DNA from: Candidatus Heimdallarchaeota archaeon
Lineage (GTDB): Archaea > Asgardarchaeota > Heimdallarchaeia > Heimdallarchaeales > Heimdallarchaeaceae
DNA: 64,000 bases
Assembly (NCBI GenBank): GCA_030603365.1
Contig: JAUVXV010000016.1
Coordinates: forward strand, 26,274 to 90,273
Direction of reading: 5' to 3'
The position numbers and the translations under genes were made by a program. The notes beneath the pieces were generated by a model, which worked only from the letters and a program-made list of their open reading frames with translations, searched no databases and had not been told where the DNA came from. This document shows, in pieces, positions 10,371 through 19,274 of the stretch (the stretch's first letter is position 1; each line of letters opens with the position of its first letter).

Positions 10371-11183
10371 TTAATCACATGATTCCCTATTTTGCATAAA
10401 ACGAAGTACTAGTGTTCCAAATATTGCATAAAGTAGAGGAAATACGAATATCGTTAATGAATCTGATGGCAAAAGAAATGACAAAACCATGCTTAAGACT
10501 AATGGTAATAAACATGAAATTGCAATAAAAATCACAATATTGTCTTCAATGAGTTTTATTCCATTTCTAACTCTTAATAGAAAATCAGGGTCAGAATCAA
10601 TAAAGGAGTTCTCAGTTTTAATATTCTGAAATGCATTTTCATACTTTTTTGTTTGAAAGATTTTCCCGCTTTCCTGAATAATCTCATCTTCATCCACTCC
10701 CAAATTAAAGTTATAGATCATTTCTTGGAAATACTTCTTGTAATCTTCATCTATACCACTTTTGGATAACAATAATTCTATCGAATAAGGAAAGGATTGT
10801 GTAGATGTCATATTTATTGAAAGAGAATTTATGATTATAAAGGCTGACTCATCAAATTTTTGATGCCTTTCAAGAATTTTTGACCTAATATAATCACCAA
10901 ACACAATTAGAAATGCAATGCTAGAAATAGCACTTATAACCAGTGCTAATATTATGTTTAATTGTGTTATAAAGTAAGTAATAATTGCTATTACTATGAG
11001 AACGATAAGGGTTAAATTCCCTATTACTCTAATGCTAGTGTAATCTTTTTCCAATATAAAAAATCTTGATGAATTTCTTATTTTTCCTAAAACAGCTCTA
11101 TAGAGTATCTTCTTAGGAATGATACTTACATCCATTATTCTTGATCTAGTAGTTTTTTTAGTTAAACCAGTTCCCATTCTCAT
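10371..11183 (-). CDS. TadB/ArlJ-like membrane platform protein
   Basis: Layout of 2 TM, cytoplasmic helical domain (SLSINMTSTQSFPYSI), then 2 TM. Directly downstream of the secretion ATPase. Confidence 0.6.
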   Translation of the reverse strand: MRMGTGLTKKTTRSRIMDVSIIPKKILYRAVLGKIRNSSRFFILEKDYTSIRVIGNLTLIVLIVIAIITYFITQLNIILALVISAISSIAFLIVFGDYIRSKILERHQKFDESAFIIINSLSINMTSTQSFPYSIELLLSKSGIDEDYKKYFQEMIYNFNLGVDEDEIIQESGKIFQTKKYENAFQNIKTENSFIDSDPDFLLRVRNGIKLIEDNIVIFIAISCLLPLVLSMVLSFLLPSDSLTIFVFPLLYAIFGTLVLRFMQNRESCD

Positions 11184-11220
11184 TCACCTATAAACAAGAG
11201 TAATCTCTCTTACCATTTTT

Positions 11221-12612
11221 TTATCTCCAAGTTTCCTCGTATTCTTTGTTCAACATTTTGCTTCTTTTGATGATTTCAGTTAGTTCAGTACTCAAAAATG
11301 ATTTTTCTTTTATACGTTCCAATGTTTGTTCTTCATTCATTGTATCGTCATAAATTTTTCTTAGAAAACCATAATTACTAATTTTATCGTTATCAGGGTT
11401 GACTTCATAAACATCCACTACTTTTCTGACGAACGTACTTTGGGTAATTTCTCTTTTCATTACAACTATGATATTTAATGATAAGAAATCTGTTCTTGCA
11501 ATTTTATGGAGATTTTCCCATCTTCTTAATATCTTCTCAACAGAATCAGAGTGTGCTGTTTGAATCCCCTTTAAACCAGCGTTTAGTGCTTCAAACATCG
11601 CTTGAGTGTGCTCCCTTGATTGAATCTCTCCAAGATATATCCAATCTGGTGATCTGTGAAGCAATTTTAGAATTTCTGTTGTCTTTGTGTGGACAGATTT
11701 ATTAGATTCAAAAGAATCTACTTGGATTGAAAGTTGTTTATAACCCATAGAGGATTGATTTATTGACTCTATTGCATCCTCTATAGCAATTTTTCTCCAA
11801 TGTTTTGGTGTATACAAATCTAACGCATTTGCCAAAGTTGTTTTTCCAGCATTTGGTTCTCCAATAATTGTTATATTCAATCTTTTCTGAATTGCCTCAA
11901 TTAAGAAGGATGCAACATATGAAGGTAGAGTATCTAGGTTGATTAAATCAACTAATGTTAAGGGATTTCTTTTAAGCTTCCTTATATTAAATGTAGGACC
12001 ATTAGGTGATAAAGGTGGAAAATCCATTGAAATACGAGAATGAAATAATCTTGTCTGAAACTCAACTTTTAATGATGGTTTCTTTGTTGAAATAGTAATT
12101 GGGTGCTCTAATTTGATTCTTGTTAATAGAGCTTTTAGTTCCTCTTCCTCTAGTACAACTACAGTGTTACACCTACCGAAAGACTGATGATCCAAATAAA
12201 TGGGGGAATCCTTCTGATCCAAGTAAATTTCATTTACATTATGATCTATTAAGAAAGGAATAATCTTATCGATCTTGATTAAACGGTAAATAAACAATTC
12301 AGCGAAGATTTCAGGATCGATCTTTAGATTATCTATCTCGAGAATTTTCCACATGCAAATTGATTTTACAGTATCTACTAGTTCGTCAAATTTCAAGATT
12401 TCTTTTCCTAGACGATTTTGGCTATTTCGAATCAAAGCGGATAGTTCAGCAAAAAGCAAAGGTTCTTGGTTAAAATCTATCAGAGGTAACGCTTTATAAA
12501 ATAGAACTTCATCTTCTTCAATTAGTTTTATTTTAAAACCTCTAATTATGTATTCTTTCTCTATTTCATTTAGTTTATGTTTTTCTTCCTGTAAACAGTT
12601 ACTACTAGTCAT
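11221..12612 (-). CDS. TadA/CpaF/VirB11-family pilus assembly ATPase
   Basis: Walker A GEPNAGKT, Asp box IEDAIE, Walker B PDWIYLGEI, His box QTAH, and TFNIRK motif. Confidence 0.9.
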   Translation of the reverse strand: MTSSNCLQEEKHKLNEIEKEYIIRGFKIKLIEEDEVLFYKALPLIDFNQEPLLFAELSALIRNSQNRLGKEILKFDELVDTVKSICMWKILEIDNLKIDPEIFAELFIYRLIKIDKIIPFLIDHNVNEIYLDQKDSPIYLDHQSFGRCNTVVVLEEEELKALLTRIKLEHPITISTKKPSLKVEFQTRLFHSRISMDFPPLSPNGPTFNIRKLKRNPLTLVDLINLDTLPSYVASFLIEAIQKRLNITIIGEPNAGKTTLANALDLYTPKHWRKIAIEDAIESINQSSMGYKQLSIQVDSFESNKSVHTKTTEILKLLHRSPDWIYLGEIQSREHTQAMFEALNAGLKGIQTAHSDSVEKILRRWENLHKIARTDFLSLNIIVVMKREITQSTFVRKVVDVYEVNPDNDKISNYGFLRKIYDDTMNEEQTLERIKEKSFLSTELTEIIKRSKMLNKEYEETWR

Positions 12613-12782
12613 TTGATAACCATCTTCTGCAATATCAAATAGACTGATTACTATTTCAACACCACATTTTTAGAGGATTTTTAATATCAAAAAATCTACA
12701 CATTAGTAAAAGTGGAAATCATTACAGAGATTTAAGGTAATACCTTTAAATAGAAAAAACTTATACTTGAAGGTGTGGGAAA

Positions 12783-13754
12783 ATGGAAGACAATTATGAC
12801 ATAATGTGGACAGAGAAATATAGGCCTAAGAAACTTGATGACCTAAGAGGACACAAAGACATTATTTCTAGACTTAAAGGTTTTGTCTCAAGAGGAAATC
12901 TACCTCATCTTCTTCTTGCTGGACCTCCTGGTACAGGTAAAACTACTGCATTATTAGCTCTAGCAAACGATTTATTTGGTCCAAGCAATGTTTCAAGAAA
13001 TCTGTTAGAGTTGAATGCATCTGATGATCGTGGTATTGACGCAATTAGAACTAAAGTAAAGGAGTTTGCTAGAACGGCATCATATGGGGGAGTACCTTTC
13101 AAAATTATCTGTCTTGATGAGGCAGACAATCTGACATCTGCTGCTCAACATGCTTTAAGAAGAACAATGGAAAGATATGTAAAGACAAGTAGATTTGCAC
13201 TAATTTGTAACTATTCAAGCAAAATAATAGAACCAATACAATCGAGGTGTGCAATTTTTAGATTCAACCCCTTAGATGAGAAAAGTATGCTAGACTTCCT
13301 TAAGCATATTTGTAACAATGAAAAGCTTGTATACGACAAAGAAGGGCTTGATACTGTGCTCTATATCTCTGAAGGTGACTTAAGAAAAGCGATAAATATT
13401 ATTCAATCAACCGTTGCTTCAGGAAAATCTATTGAAAAAGTAACCGTACTTCAAACAATTGGTCATGCGGATCCTGAGAGGATTAGAGAAATGCTGAAGT
13501 ATTCGTTAGAAGGTGATTTTTACAAATCAAGGGATGTTCTACAGAAACTTATATTGGAGTATGGTCTTTCAGGAACAGATGTAACTTATCAAATTTATCG
13601 GGAAATACCAACTCTTGAAATTCCAGACTTGCAAAAACTAGAACTGAACGAATATCTTGCAGAAGTTGATTTTAGAATATCTGAGGGGGCTTCGAGCAAT
13701 ATACAACTAAGTGCTTTCTTAGCTAAACTTGTAAAAGAAGGAAACAAAAAATAA
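12783..13754 (+). CDS. rfcS: Replication factor C small subunit
   Basis: WTEKYRP, GPPGTGKT, LELNASDDRG, DEAD and SRC motifs. No intein. Confidence 0.97.
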   Translation: MEDNYDIMWTEKYRPKKLDDLRGHKDIISRLKGFVSRGNLPHLLLAGPPGTGKTTALLALANDLFGPSNVSRNLLELNASDDRGIDAIRTKVKEFARTASYGGVPFKIICLDEADNLTSAAQHALRRTMERYVKTSRFALICNYSSKIIEPIQSRCAIFRFNPLDEKSMLDFLKHICNNEKLVYDKEGLDTVLYISEGDLRKAINIIQSTVASGKSIEKVTVLQTIGHADPERIREMLKYSLEGDFYKSRDVLQKLILEYGLSGTDVTYQIYREIPTLEIPDLQKLELNEYLAEVDFRISEGASSNIQLSAFLAKLVKEGNKK

Positions 13755-13787
13755 CCCCTTCTTCTTCCTTCAGATTGAAATTAGTTG

Positions 13788-14636
13788 TTAATCTATTATT
13801 TCAGTTAAGGTAAAAAAATCGTAAATTGAGGTAACTAGAACCTTATTTTGTTGTAAACTCTTAAGAAGATTATTACTTCTTTTAATGATTTTTTCAATGG
13901 CTTTGCTACTAGTTTTCCATTCAACATTATCATAGAGATGTTTGACTAATATAAGCTGTTTAGGATTAGCAGGTTCTATATTTAGAGCTTTGATTTCTGT
14001 ATTTGTTTGGAGAAGATCTTTTGTGTTTTGAAGAGTTTTTGACAACTTACTAAAATTCAGTATATAGCTGACCACTCTTCTAACTTGTTCCCAAAGAAAA
14101 GAATTAGCTTCAATTTCAAAGATGATTACATCCTCATTAATAATCAAATTAAATTCGTTGATTTTTCTTATTGTATTCCTCTGGTCTAGTTTACAAAATA
14201 GTCTAAAATCGTGTTCCCCTTTAAAAGAAGAGCAAATCTCAGTAATTTCTTCTAGATTCATGTTTGTAATTATTTTAGCATAGTTTAATGGTAAAACATA
14301 CCAATATTTTTTTGACTTGCTATATTTTGGTGTAAAATCATTACTTACCTCGGCATAACTCCAACAGATTATTGATTTATCACTTGGTAAAGTAGCATTC
14401 AGCAGATCCAAAATTATGTTTTTTTCTGAATTAAAAGCAAAGACATTACCTATAGCACTGACAAATCTATCAGTTCTACTAGCACTTCGAAAGTGATTGG
14501 TTTCTGGAGACTCAATATACCCAGATTTTATTAAAGATTCAACTAAAGTTCCTTCTACTGTTTTTAGATTAGGTTGTCTCTGATAACCATGATAATTCGT
14601 TCCATCATAGAACGTTTGTATAGCAAATCTTCTCAT
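13788..14636 (-). CDS. truA: tRNA pseudouridine(38-40) synthase
   Basis: YDGTNYHGYQRQP, catalytic SRTD, GEHDF and FLWEQVR motifs. Confidence 0.93.
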   Translation of the reverse strand: MRRFAIQTFYDGTNYHGYQRQPNLKTVEGTLVESLIKSGYIESPETNHFRSASRTDRFVSAIGNVFAFNSEKNIILDLLNATLPSDKSIICWSYAEVSNDFTPKYSKSKKYWYVLPLNYAKIITNMNLEEITEICSSFKGEHDFRLFCKLDQRNTIRKINEFNLIINEDVIIFEIEANSFLWEQVRRVVSYILNFSKLSKTLQNTKDLLQTNTEIKALNIEPANPKQLILVKHLYDNVEWKTSSKAIEKIIKRSNNLLKSLQQNKVLVTSIYDFFTLTEIID

Positions 14637-14723
14637 CTATAGTATAGTTCTCGGATAAGAAATTAAAAATCTACTGTAGAGATAAGAAAGATTAAAAAAC
14701 GTACTAATTCTCATTAATTCATC

Positions 14724-14801
14724 GCCTCGATGGTGTAGCTCGGCCAATCATTGCGGACTCTCACTCCGCAGACCCGGGTTCAAATCCCGGTCGAGGCACC
14801 A
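14724..14801 (+). tRNA. tRNA-Glu(CTC)
   Basis: Acceptor GCCTCGA/TCGAGGC, anticodon arm GCGGA-CTCTCAC-TCCGC, encoded CCA, followed by a T tract. Confidence 0.97.
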
Positions 14802-14809
14802 ATTTTTTT

Positions 14810-15109
14810 TCAGTTTTCCTCCCATATTTTGAAAAGTTGTTTCAAAGAATGAGCTAGAATATTACTGTCCTGAAATTGATAGATTAGTATTCTACCAAAC
14901 CTCTTTTCTTTTAGTAAACCTACTCTAGTAAGGAATTTTAAGTGCTCTTTAACAGCGGAATGATTTAGATTAATACTTCTTGAAATAGCAGACACATTAA
15001 GTTCTCCGAGTCCTGCTAGCAGTTTTAATATTCTCACTCTACCTTTAGACGAGAAAACATCTTCCAGAGCTATTTTGGGAAGAGTTTCAGTTTCGGTTTT
15101 ATTTGTCAT
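14810..15109 (-). CDS. ArsR-like winged-helix protein downstream of cdc6
   Basis: VFSSKGRVRILKLL...LNVSAISRSINLNHSAVKEHLKFL...EKRFGR wHTH pattern. Starts 14 nt after the cdc6 stop. Confidence 0.85.
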   Translation of the reverse strand: MTNKTETETLPKIALEDVFSSKGRVRILKLLAGLGELNVSAISRSINLNHSAVKEHLKFLTRVGLLKEKRFGRILIYQFQDSNILAHSLKQLFKIWEEN

Positions 15110-15123
15110 TTTTTTGGTCTCCT

Positions 15124-16347
15124 CTATTTCTCAGCATACTCAACTGTTTTCTTCTGGTTCTCAATTGCTTTTACTAAAAACAGTTCAATGTTTTCCACAG
15201 ATATATCTGGTATGCTAATTAGTGTTGTTTTACCTCTCATACCCTCACCTGAGATTTTTGTGCTAATGATATCCTGTTTGGAAAGCTCTTTTAGATAAGA
15301 CCAAACCTGAGTATGTTTTCTCGGTTCTTCCTTATACTCTTCACACACCAATCTATAGGCACCTATAGAATCATTTGTGGAGATATAGGCATTTTTTGTA
15401 TGCTTTAGTTTTCTGATTATAGCAAGAAGAATTAACTTCTGATGAAGAGTTAAAGTTAGAATAATTTCTCTTCGAATTTCAGGGTGAATTAAGGCTTTTG
15501 CTTTTCTTACATGATCGGGATAAACAATAGGAGAACTCTCATCATCGGCACATTGTCCAGCCCCCCAAAGAAGTTCTATCGCATATCTAGCATCACCAGA
15601 CCTACTTGAAATGTCTGCAATTAATTCAGTTGTATCTTCTGTTATTGTGCCATCATAGAATGCTAGTTCTGCACGTGATTTTATAATGTCCTTCAAATCA
15701 TCTTCTGCATATCTATCTAACGATATGTGGTTTGATTGAAAACTACTTTGAGTACTTGCGTCCATTTGATAAATGAAATTAAGATTTCTTGCTACAAAAA
15801 TATAAGACATCCACTGTTTTGAAGTCATCTCACTGATTCTAAGCAAGGTGTAAAGAAAGTCAGTTCCAACTCTTGAAATTAAGTAATCCACTTCATCCAA
15901 AATCAGTAATACTTTTGGAGAATAAAAATCAAGTAATCTGATTAGAAGTGATTGTAATTCTTCAAATGAATAACCTCGTGGTGGTATAGCTTTGTTCAAT
16001 TTACGGGCAAGAGTGCTAACAATCAAATATGGGCTCTTGTAAATGCGGCAGTTAATATATACTAAAAGAAAATTATTGGTTTTATCGATATTTTCTAAAA
16101 GTTGACCAAATCGTTTTGCTAAAGTTGTTTTACCAGATCCAGTAGGACCAGTTATACAGACTTTTTTCAAAGGTCCATCTTGGCTGTCAAAAATTGTTTT
16201 GAAACATTTAGCCAGAGTTCTAAGCTCTTCCTCCCTATGTGGAAGATAAGGTGGAATATACGTCACAGAAAGACAACCAATGTCTTTAAACACAGTTGGC
16301 TTCTTAATTAGTGAGTTGAAATACTCTTCATCTGAAGTATGCATCAT
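15124..16347 (-). CDS. cdc6: Orc1/Cdc6 replication initiator
   Basis: YIPPYLPHREEE, Walker A GPTGSGKT, YINC, LDEVD, GDAR and a C-terminal winged helix. Confidence 0.96.
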   Translation of the reverse strand: MMHTSDEEYFNSLIKKPTVFKDIGCLSVTYIPPYLPHREEELRTLAKCFKTIFDSQDGPLKKVCITGPTGSGKTTLAKRFGQLLENIDKTNNFLLVYINCRIYKSPYLIVSTLARKLNKAIPPRGYSFEELQSLLIRLLDFYSPKVLLILDEVDYLISRVGTDFLYTLLRISEMTSKQWMSYIFVARNLNFIYQMDASTQSSFQSNHISLDRYAEDDLKDIIKSRAELAFYDGTITEDTTELIADISSRSGDARYAIELLWGAGQCADDESSPIVYPDHVRKAKALIHPEIRREIILTLTLHQKLILLAIIRKLKHTKNAYISTNDSIGAYRLVCEEYKEEPRKHTQVWSYLKELSKQDIISTKISGEGMRGKTTLISIPDISVENIELFLVKAIENQKKTVEYAEK

Positions 16348-16739
16348 ATCCTCTCTAACTTACTCAAGGGAATTTACTATTTATACTTAATAGAGAGGCT
16401 TGTCTGAAAGTGATTTTCATCCAAAAAAGAGTCTTTCCACTATGACGGTTTTTGCTGGGTCTAAAATGCAGTTTAGATAACAACACCTAAACTAAAAGTA
16501 TCTGTAAGTGTTGAATGTGAAAGACAGATCATCTTCTAACCTGTCAGTTTTTCTTTAGAGTGTTTTAATAGTTTTATTCAATTAATATGGTAGACCTATC
16601 CGAGAGTGAGTTATGATGTACAAACCAAAATATGATCCTGACGAGGGAGATGGAGATATTCTCCACCCAGCTTGATTCCCAAACTAAAAAAATCTCCAAA
16701 TTTTCATTTTTTTTGACAAAAAATTTCACGAGTATATAA

Positions 16740-16898
16740 ATGAAAGTAGGTGCTTTCAAGAATGGTGATCCTCTTGGACCTGCTCTCCAGTACATGGCTA
16801 TCAAAAAGTGTAAACAGTATGAATTTAGTGGATTAGAAAAGAAGTTAGCAAATTATCTAATGATGCAAGGCACTGATATAATTAAAACAATGCCTTAA
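16740..16898 (+). pseudogene. 52-codon ORF or decayed gene fragment in the cdc6-tRNA-Leu spacer
   Basis: MKVGAFKNGDPLGPALQYMAIKKCKQYEFSGLEKKLANYLMMQGTDIIKTMP*. Preceded by stop-interrupted coding-like sequence. No recognisable family. Confidence 0.25.
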
Positions 16899-16950
16899 AT
16901 CACTTGTCTTTAATCTAATTGACCTTCAGGGGTTGAGATAAATGGTTTTT

Positions 16951-16988
16951 AATCTTACCACAGAGAAATATAATTGCGTGGTAAGATT
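16951..16988. repeat. Palindromic element, copy 1: AATCTTACCAC-N16-GTGGTAAGATT
   Basis: Perfect 11-bp inverted arms with a 16-nt AT-rich spacer. The same arms and spacer length recur at 40510-40547. Confidence 0.9.
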
Positions 16989-17092
16989 TTTTTGTTTGAA
17001 ATTATCTGTGGTTGATCAATTATCTCCAAAGTAACAAAAATCATATGCCGATAAAGTTAAAAATTGGTAGGTTCGGGCTAATACATACTCAA

Positions 17093-17177
17093 GCGGAGAT
17101 TGCCGAGTGGTCAAAGGCGCTAGAATGAGGATCTAGTCCTTAGTGGTCCGGGAGTTCGAATCTCCCTCTCCGCACCA
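17093..17177 (+). tRNA. tRNA-Leu(GAG)
   Basis: 85 nt with long variable arm, anticodon arm CTAGA-ATGAGGA-TCTAG, encoded CCA. Confidence 0.96.
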
Positions 17178-17186
17178 AATTTTGCT

Positions 17187-17363
17187 TCAGCCAAATAAAT
17201 TATCTATAGATGTTGTTGACCAATCTATAAGACTAAAAATAACTCCAAAGATAATCGCGAAGATTAAGATTGCAATACCAATGAGTAAAATTTCCTCTAG
17301 TATGGGTGATCCTCTCTTCTTCTTGAAGAGTTTGAGCTCTTTAAATAATAGTAACCTCAACAT
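17187..17363 (-). CDS. Flp-like type IV prepilin (class III signal peptide)
   Basis: Below the ORF-track cutoff. MLRLLLFKELKLFKKKRG|SPILEEILLIGIAILIFAIIFGVIFSLIDWSTTSIDNLFG*: basic leader ending KRG, Glu at +5, hydrophobic helix, 40-aa mature protein. TTAAATA box upstream. Confidence 0.85.
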   Translation of the reverse strand: MLRLLLFKELKLFKKKRGSPILEEILLIGIAILIFAIIFGVIFSLIDWSTTSIDNLFG

Positions 17364-17576
17364 AATTCTCAGCTATTATACTAATGTTGATATTTAAGCA
17401 CCACAAATAGAGATTACTGTATTCTCCGCTTCCAAGTCTTATTTTCAAATAGTGGACAGCCTGTGCTTAAGTGATTACAACCAACCCAAAATACTCTATT
17501 TAAAAAACTTGGATATGGAAAACCTTTTTTACTATCATAAGGGGGTGCGATATAGAATCCTTTGCCGGGTGTAACT

Positions 17577-18410
17577 ATGGATATAGAGCTTATTGAACTG
17601 TTTCCTAATTCGATAAAATTCATTTTATCAGATGTATCTTTAGCTTTTGCTAATGCAATAAGAAGGATAGGTTTAGCTGAAGTCTCATCCTTAGTTATAG
17701 AGGACGTTTATGTTCTAAAAAATACTTCTCCACTTTTTGATGAGTTTATCGCACATCGGCTGGGATTAATACCATTAAAATATGATATCGATGCTCTTGA
17801 TTTAAATTTCAAGGATGAATGTGATTGTGGTGGAATTGGTTGCAACATGTGTACTGTAACCTTGACAATTTCTAAGGAAACCGACAATCAAACTACCACA
17901 GTAATCTATAGTTCTGATCTGATTTCGTCACAGAAAGGAGTTGAACCAATTAGTTCAACAATCCCCATTGTAAAATTAGGACCAAATCAAACATTGGAAC
18001 TTGAATGTATGGCACAATTAGGCAAAGGAAAAGAACACGCAAAGTGGCAACCTGTTTCAGCTATGGGATACCAAATTTTTCCAATTCCCAAAATAAATAA
18101 GGATAAATGTACAAACTGCCTTATTTGCATAGAAGCTTGCTATAGGGGCGTTTTTCAAAAATCTGGTGAAAATGTTCAAGTAGCTAATCCTCTAAACTGC
18201 ACTTTGTGTGATTATTGTTTAGATTTGTGTGAACCAGGAGCAATTACAATTAACAATGACCCTAGTAAGGTTATATTCTCCTTTGAAACAAATGGTGGAA
18301 TAAATCCAGCTACTGTTTTAACAAAATCAGGTGAATTACTTATCTCCAAAATCGACGAATTCAAAAAGACTTTGGAATCAACAGTTATTGAAAAGGAAAA
18401 AGAATCTTAA
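17577..18410 (+). CDS. rpoD: RNA polymerase subunit D (Rpo3) with ferredoxin-like insert
   Basis: ANAIRRI, NTSPLFDEFIAHRLGLIP, GKGKEHAKWQP and two CxxCxxCxxxC motifs. Confidence 0.97.
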   Translation: MDIELIELFPNSIKFILSDVSLAFANAIRRIGLAEVSSLVIEDVYVLKNTSPLFDEFIAHRLGLIPLKYDIDALDLNFKDECDCGGIGCNMCTVTLTISKETDNQTTTVIYSSDLISSQKGVEPISSTIPIVKLGPNQTLELECMAQLGKGKEHAKWQPVSAMGYQIFPIPKINKDKCTNCLICIEACYRGVFQKSGENVQVANPLNCTLCDYCLDLCEPGAITINNDPSKVIFSFETNGGINPATVLTKSGELLISKIDEFKKTLESTVIEKEKES

Positions 18411-18420
18411 AGTGATTAAA

Positions 18421-18786
18421 ATGCCAAAAAGAACAGGATCAACTGATTCAAATGTATTAGAGTTGATAAATAAACTGAAGAAAAAATCAGCAGAAACAAA
18501 CGCTTCCTTATGGAAGACAGTTGCTAACAAAATAGAAAAACCTAGAAGACAAAGAGCTGCTGTTAATCTCAGCAAAATAAATAGGCACACTAAAGCCAAT
18601 GATATTGCTGTCGTTCCAGGTTCTGTTTTAAGTTCTGGTGATTTAAAGCACAAAGTCACTATTGCTGCCCTTAGATTCTCAGAGGGAGCAAGAGAGAAAA
18701 TCAATTCAGCTAATGGGAAGGTAATTACACTAGAAGAATTACTGGAATCTGGGTTAAAAGTAAGTAAAATGAAAATAATTATCTAA
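18421..18786 (+). CDS. rpl18e: 50S ribosomal protein L18e
   Basis: VNLSKINR, VVPGSVLSSG and AALRFS motifs. ATG 18421 preferred over the longer track ORF. Confidence 0.96.
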   Translation: MPKRTGSTDSNVLELINKLKKKSAETNASLWKTVANKIEKPRRQRAAVNLSKINRHTKANDIAVVPGSVLSSGDLKHKVTIAALRFSEGAREKINSANGKVITLEELLESGLKVSKMKIII

Positions 18787-18800
18787 TTGAGGAAAACAAA

Positions 18801-19274
18801 ATGGCAAAAAAACAGAATAATGTGGCAACAACCCAGGTAATCAAACCTAAAATCAATATTGATGCTGACAATGCTATTTTAGGCCGTTTGAGTTCTGAGG
18901 TAGCTAAATACCTATTAGAGGGTTATGAAGTTAATATTTTAAATTGTGAAAAAGCTGTAATCTCCGGTAAAAAACACTCTATACTAAGAGAATATAGAGT
19001 CATGCAACAAATCCACACTCATACAAATCCAAGAAGGGGTCCTTTTCACCCTAAAAGACCAGATCGTTTGGTTAGAAGAACTGTTAGGGGTATGCTACCT
19101 TGGAAGAAAAGCAGAGGAAGACAGGCATATCACAGACTATTGACCTATATTGGTGTGCCAGAGGAATTCTTAAAGAGTGAAATAATCAAACCTAAATTTG
19201 CAGATGCAGATAAACTTACAAACAAAAAAACAACAATCGGCGAACTTTGTAAAGAGTTCGGATGGCAAGAATAA
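18801..19274 (+). CDS. rpl13: 50S ribosomal protein uL13
   Basis: DADNAILGRL, RGPFHPKRPD and VRGMLP motifs. Confidence 0.97.
   Translation: MAKKQNNVATTQVIKPKINIDADNAILGRLSSEVAKYLLEGYEVNILNCEKAVISGKKHSILREYRVMQQIHTHTNPRRGPFHPKRPDRLVRRTVRGMLPWKKSRGRQAYHRLLTYIGVPEEFLKSEIIKPKFADADKLTNKKTTIGELCKEFGWQE

Noticed and set aside
16574-16804. 76-aa - strand ORF in the cdc6 spacer
   Set aside because: Non-ATG start, atypical composition, and it mirrors the + strand fragment. Not supported as a gene.
17143-17397. 84-aa + strand ORF in the track
   Set aside because: It starts inside tRNA-Leu and is the antisense shadow of the prepilin on the - strand.
17414-17623. 69-aa - strand ORF
   Set aside because: It overlaps the rpoD start and promoter, with no recognisable motif.
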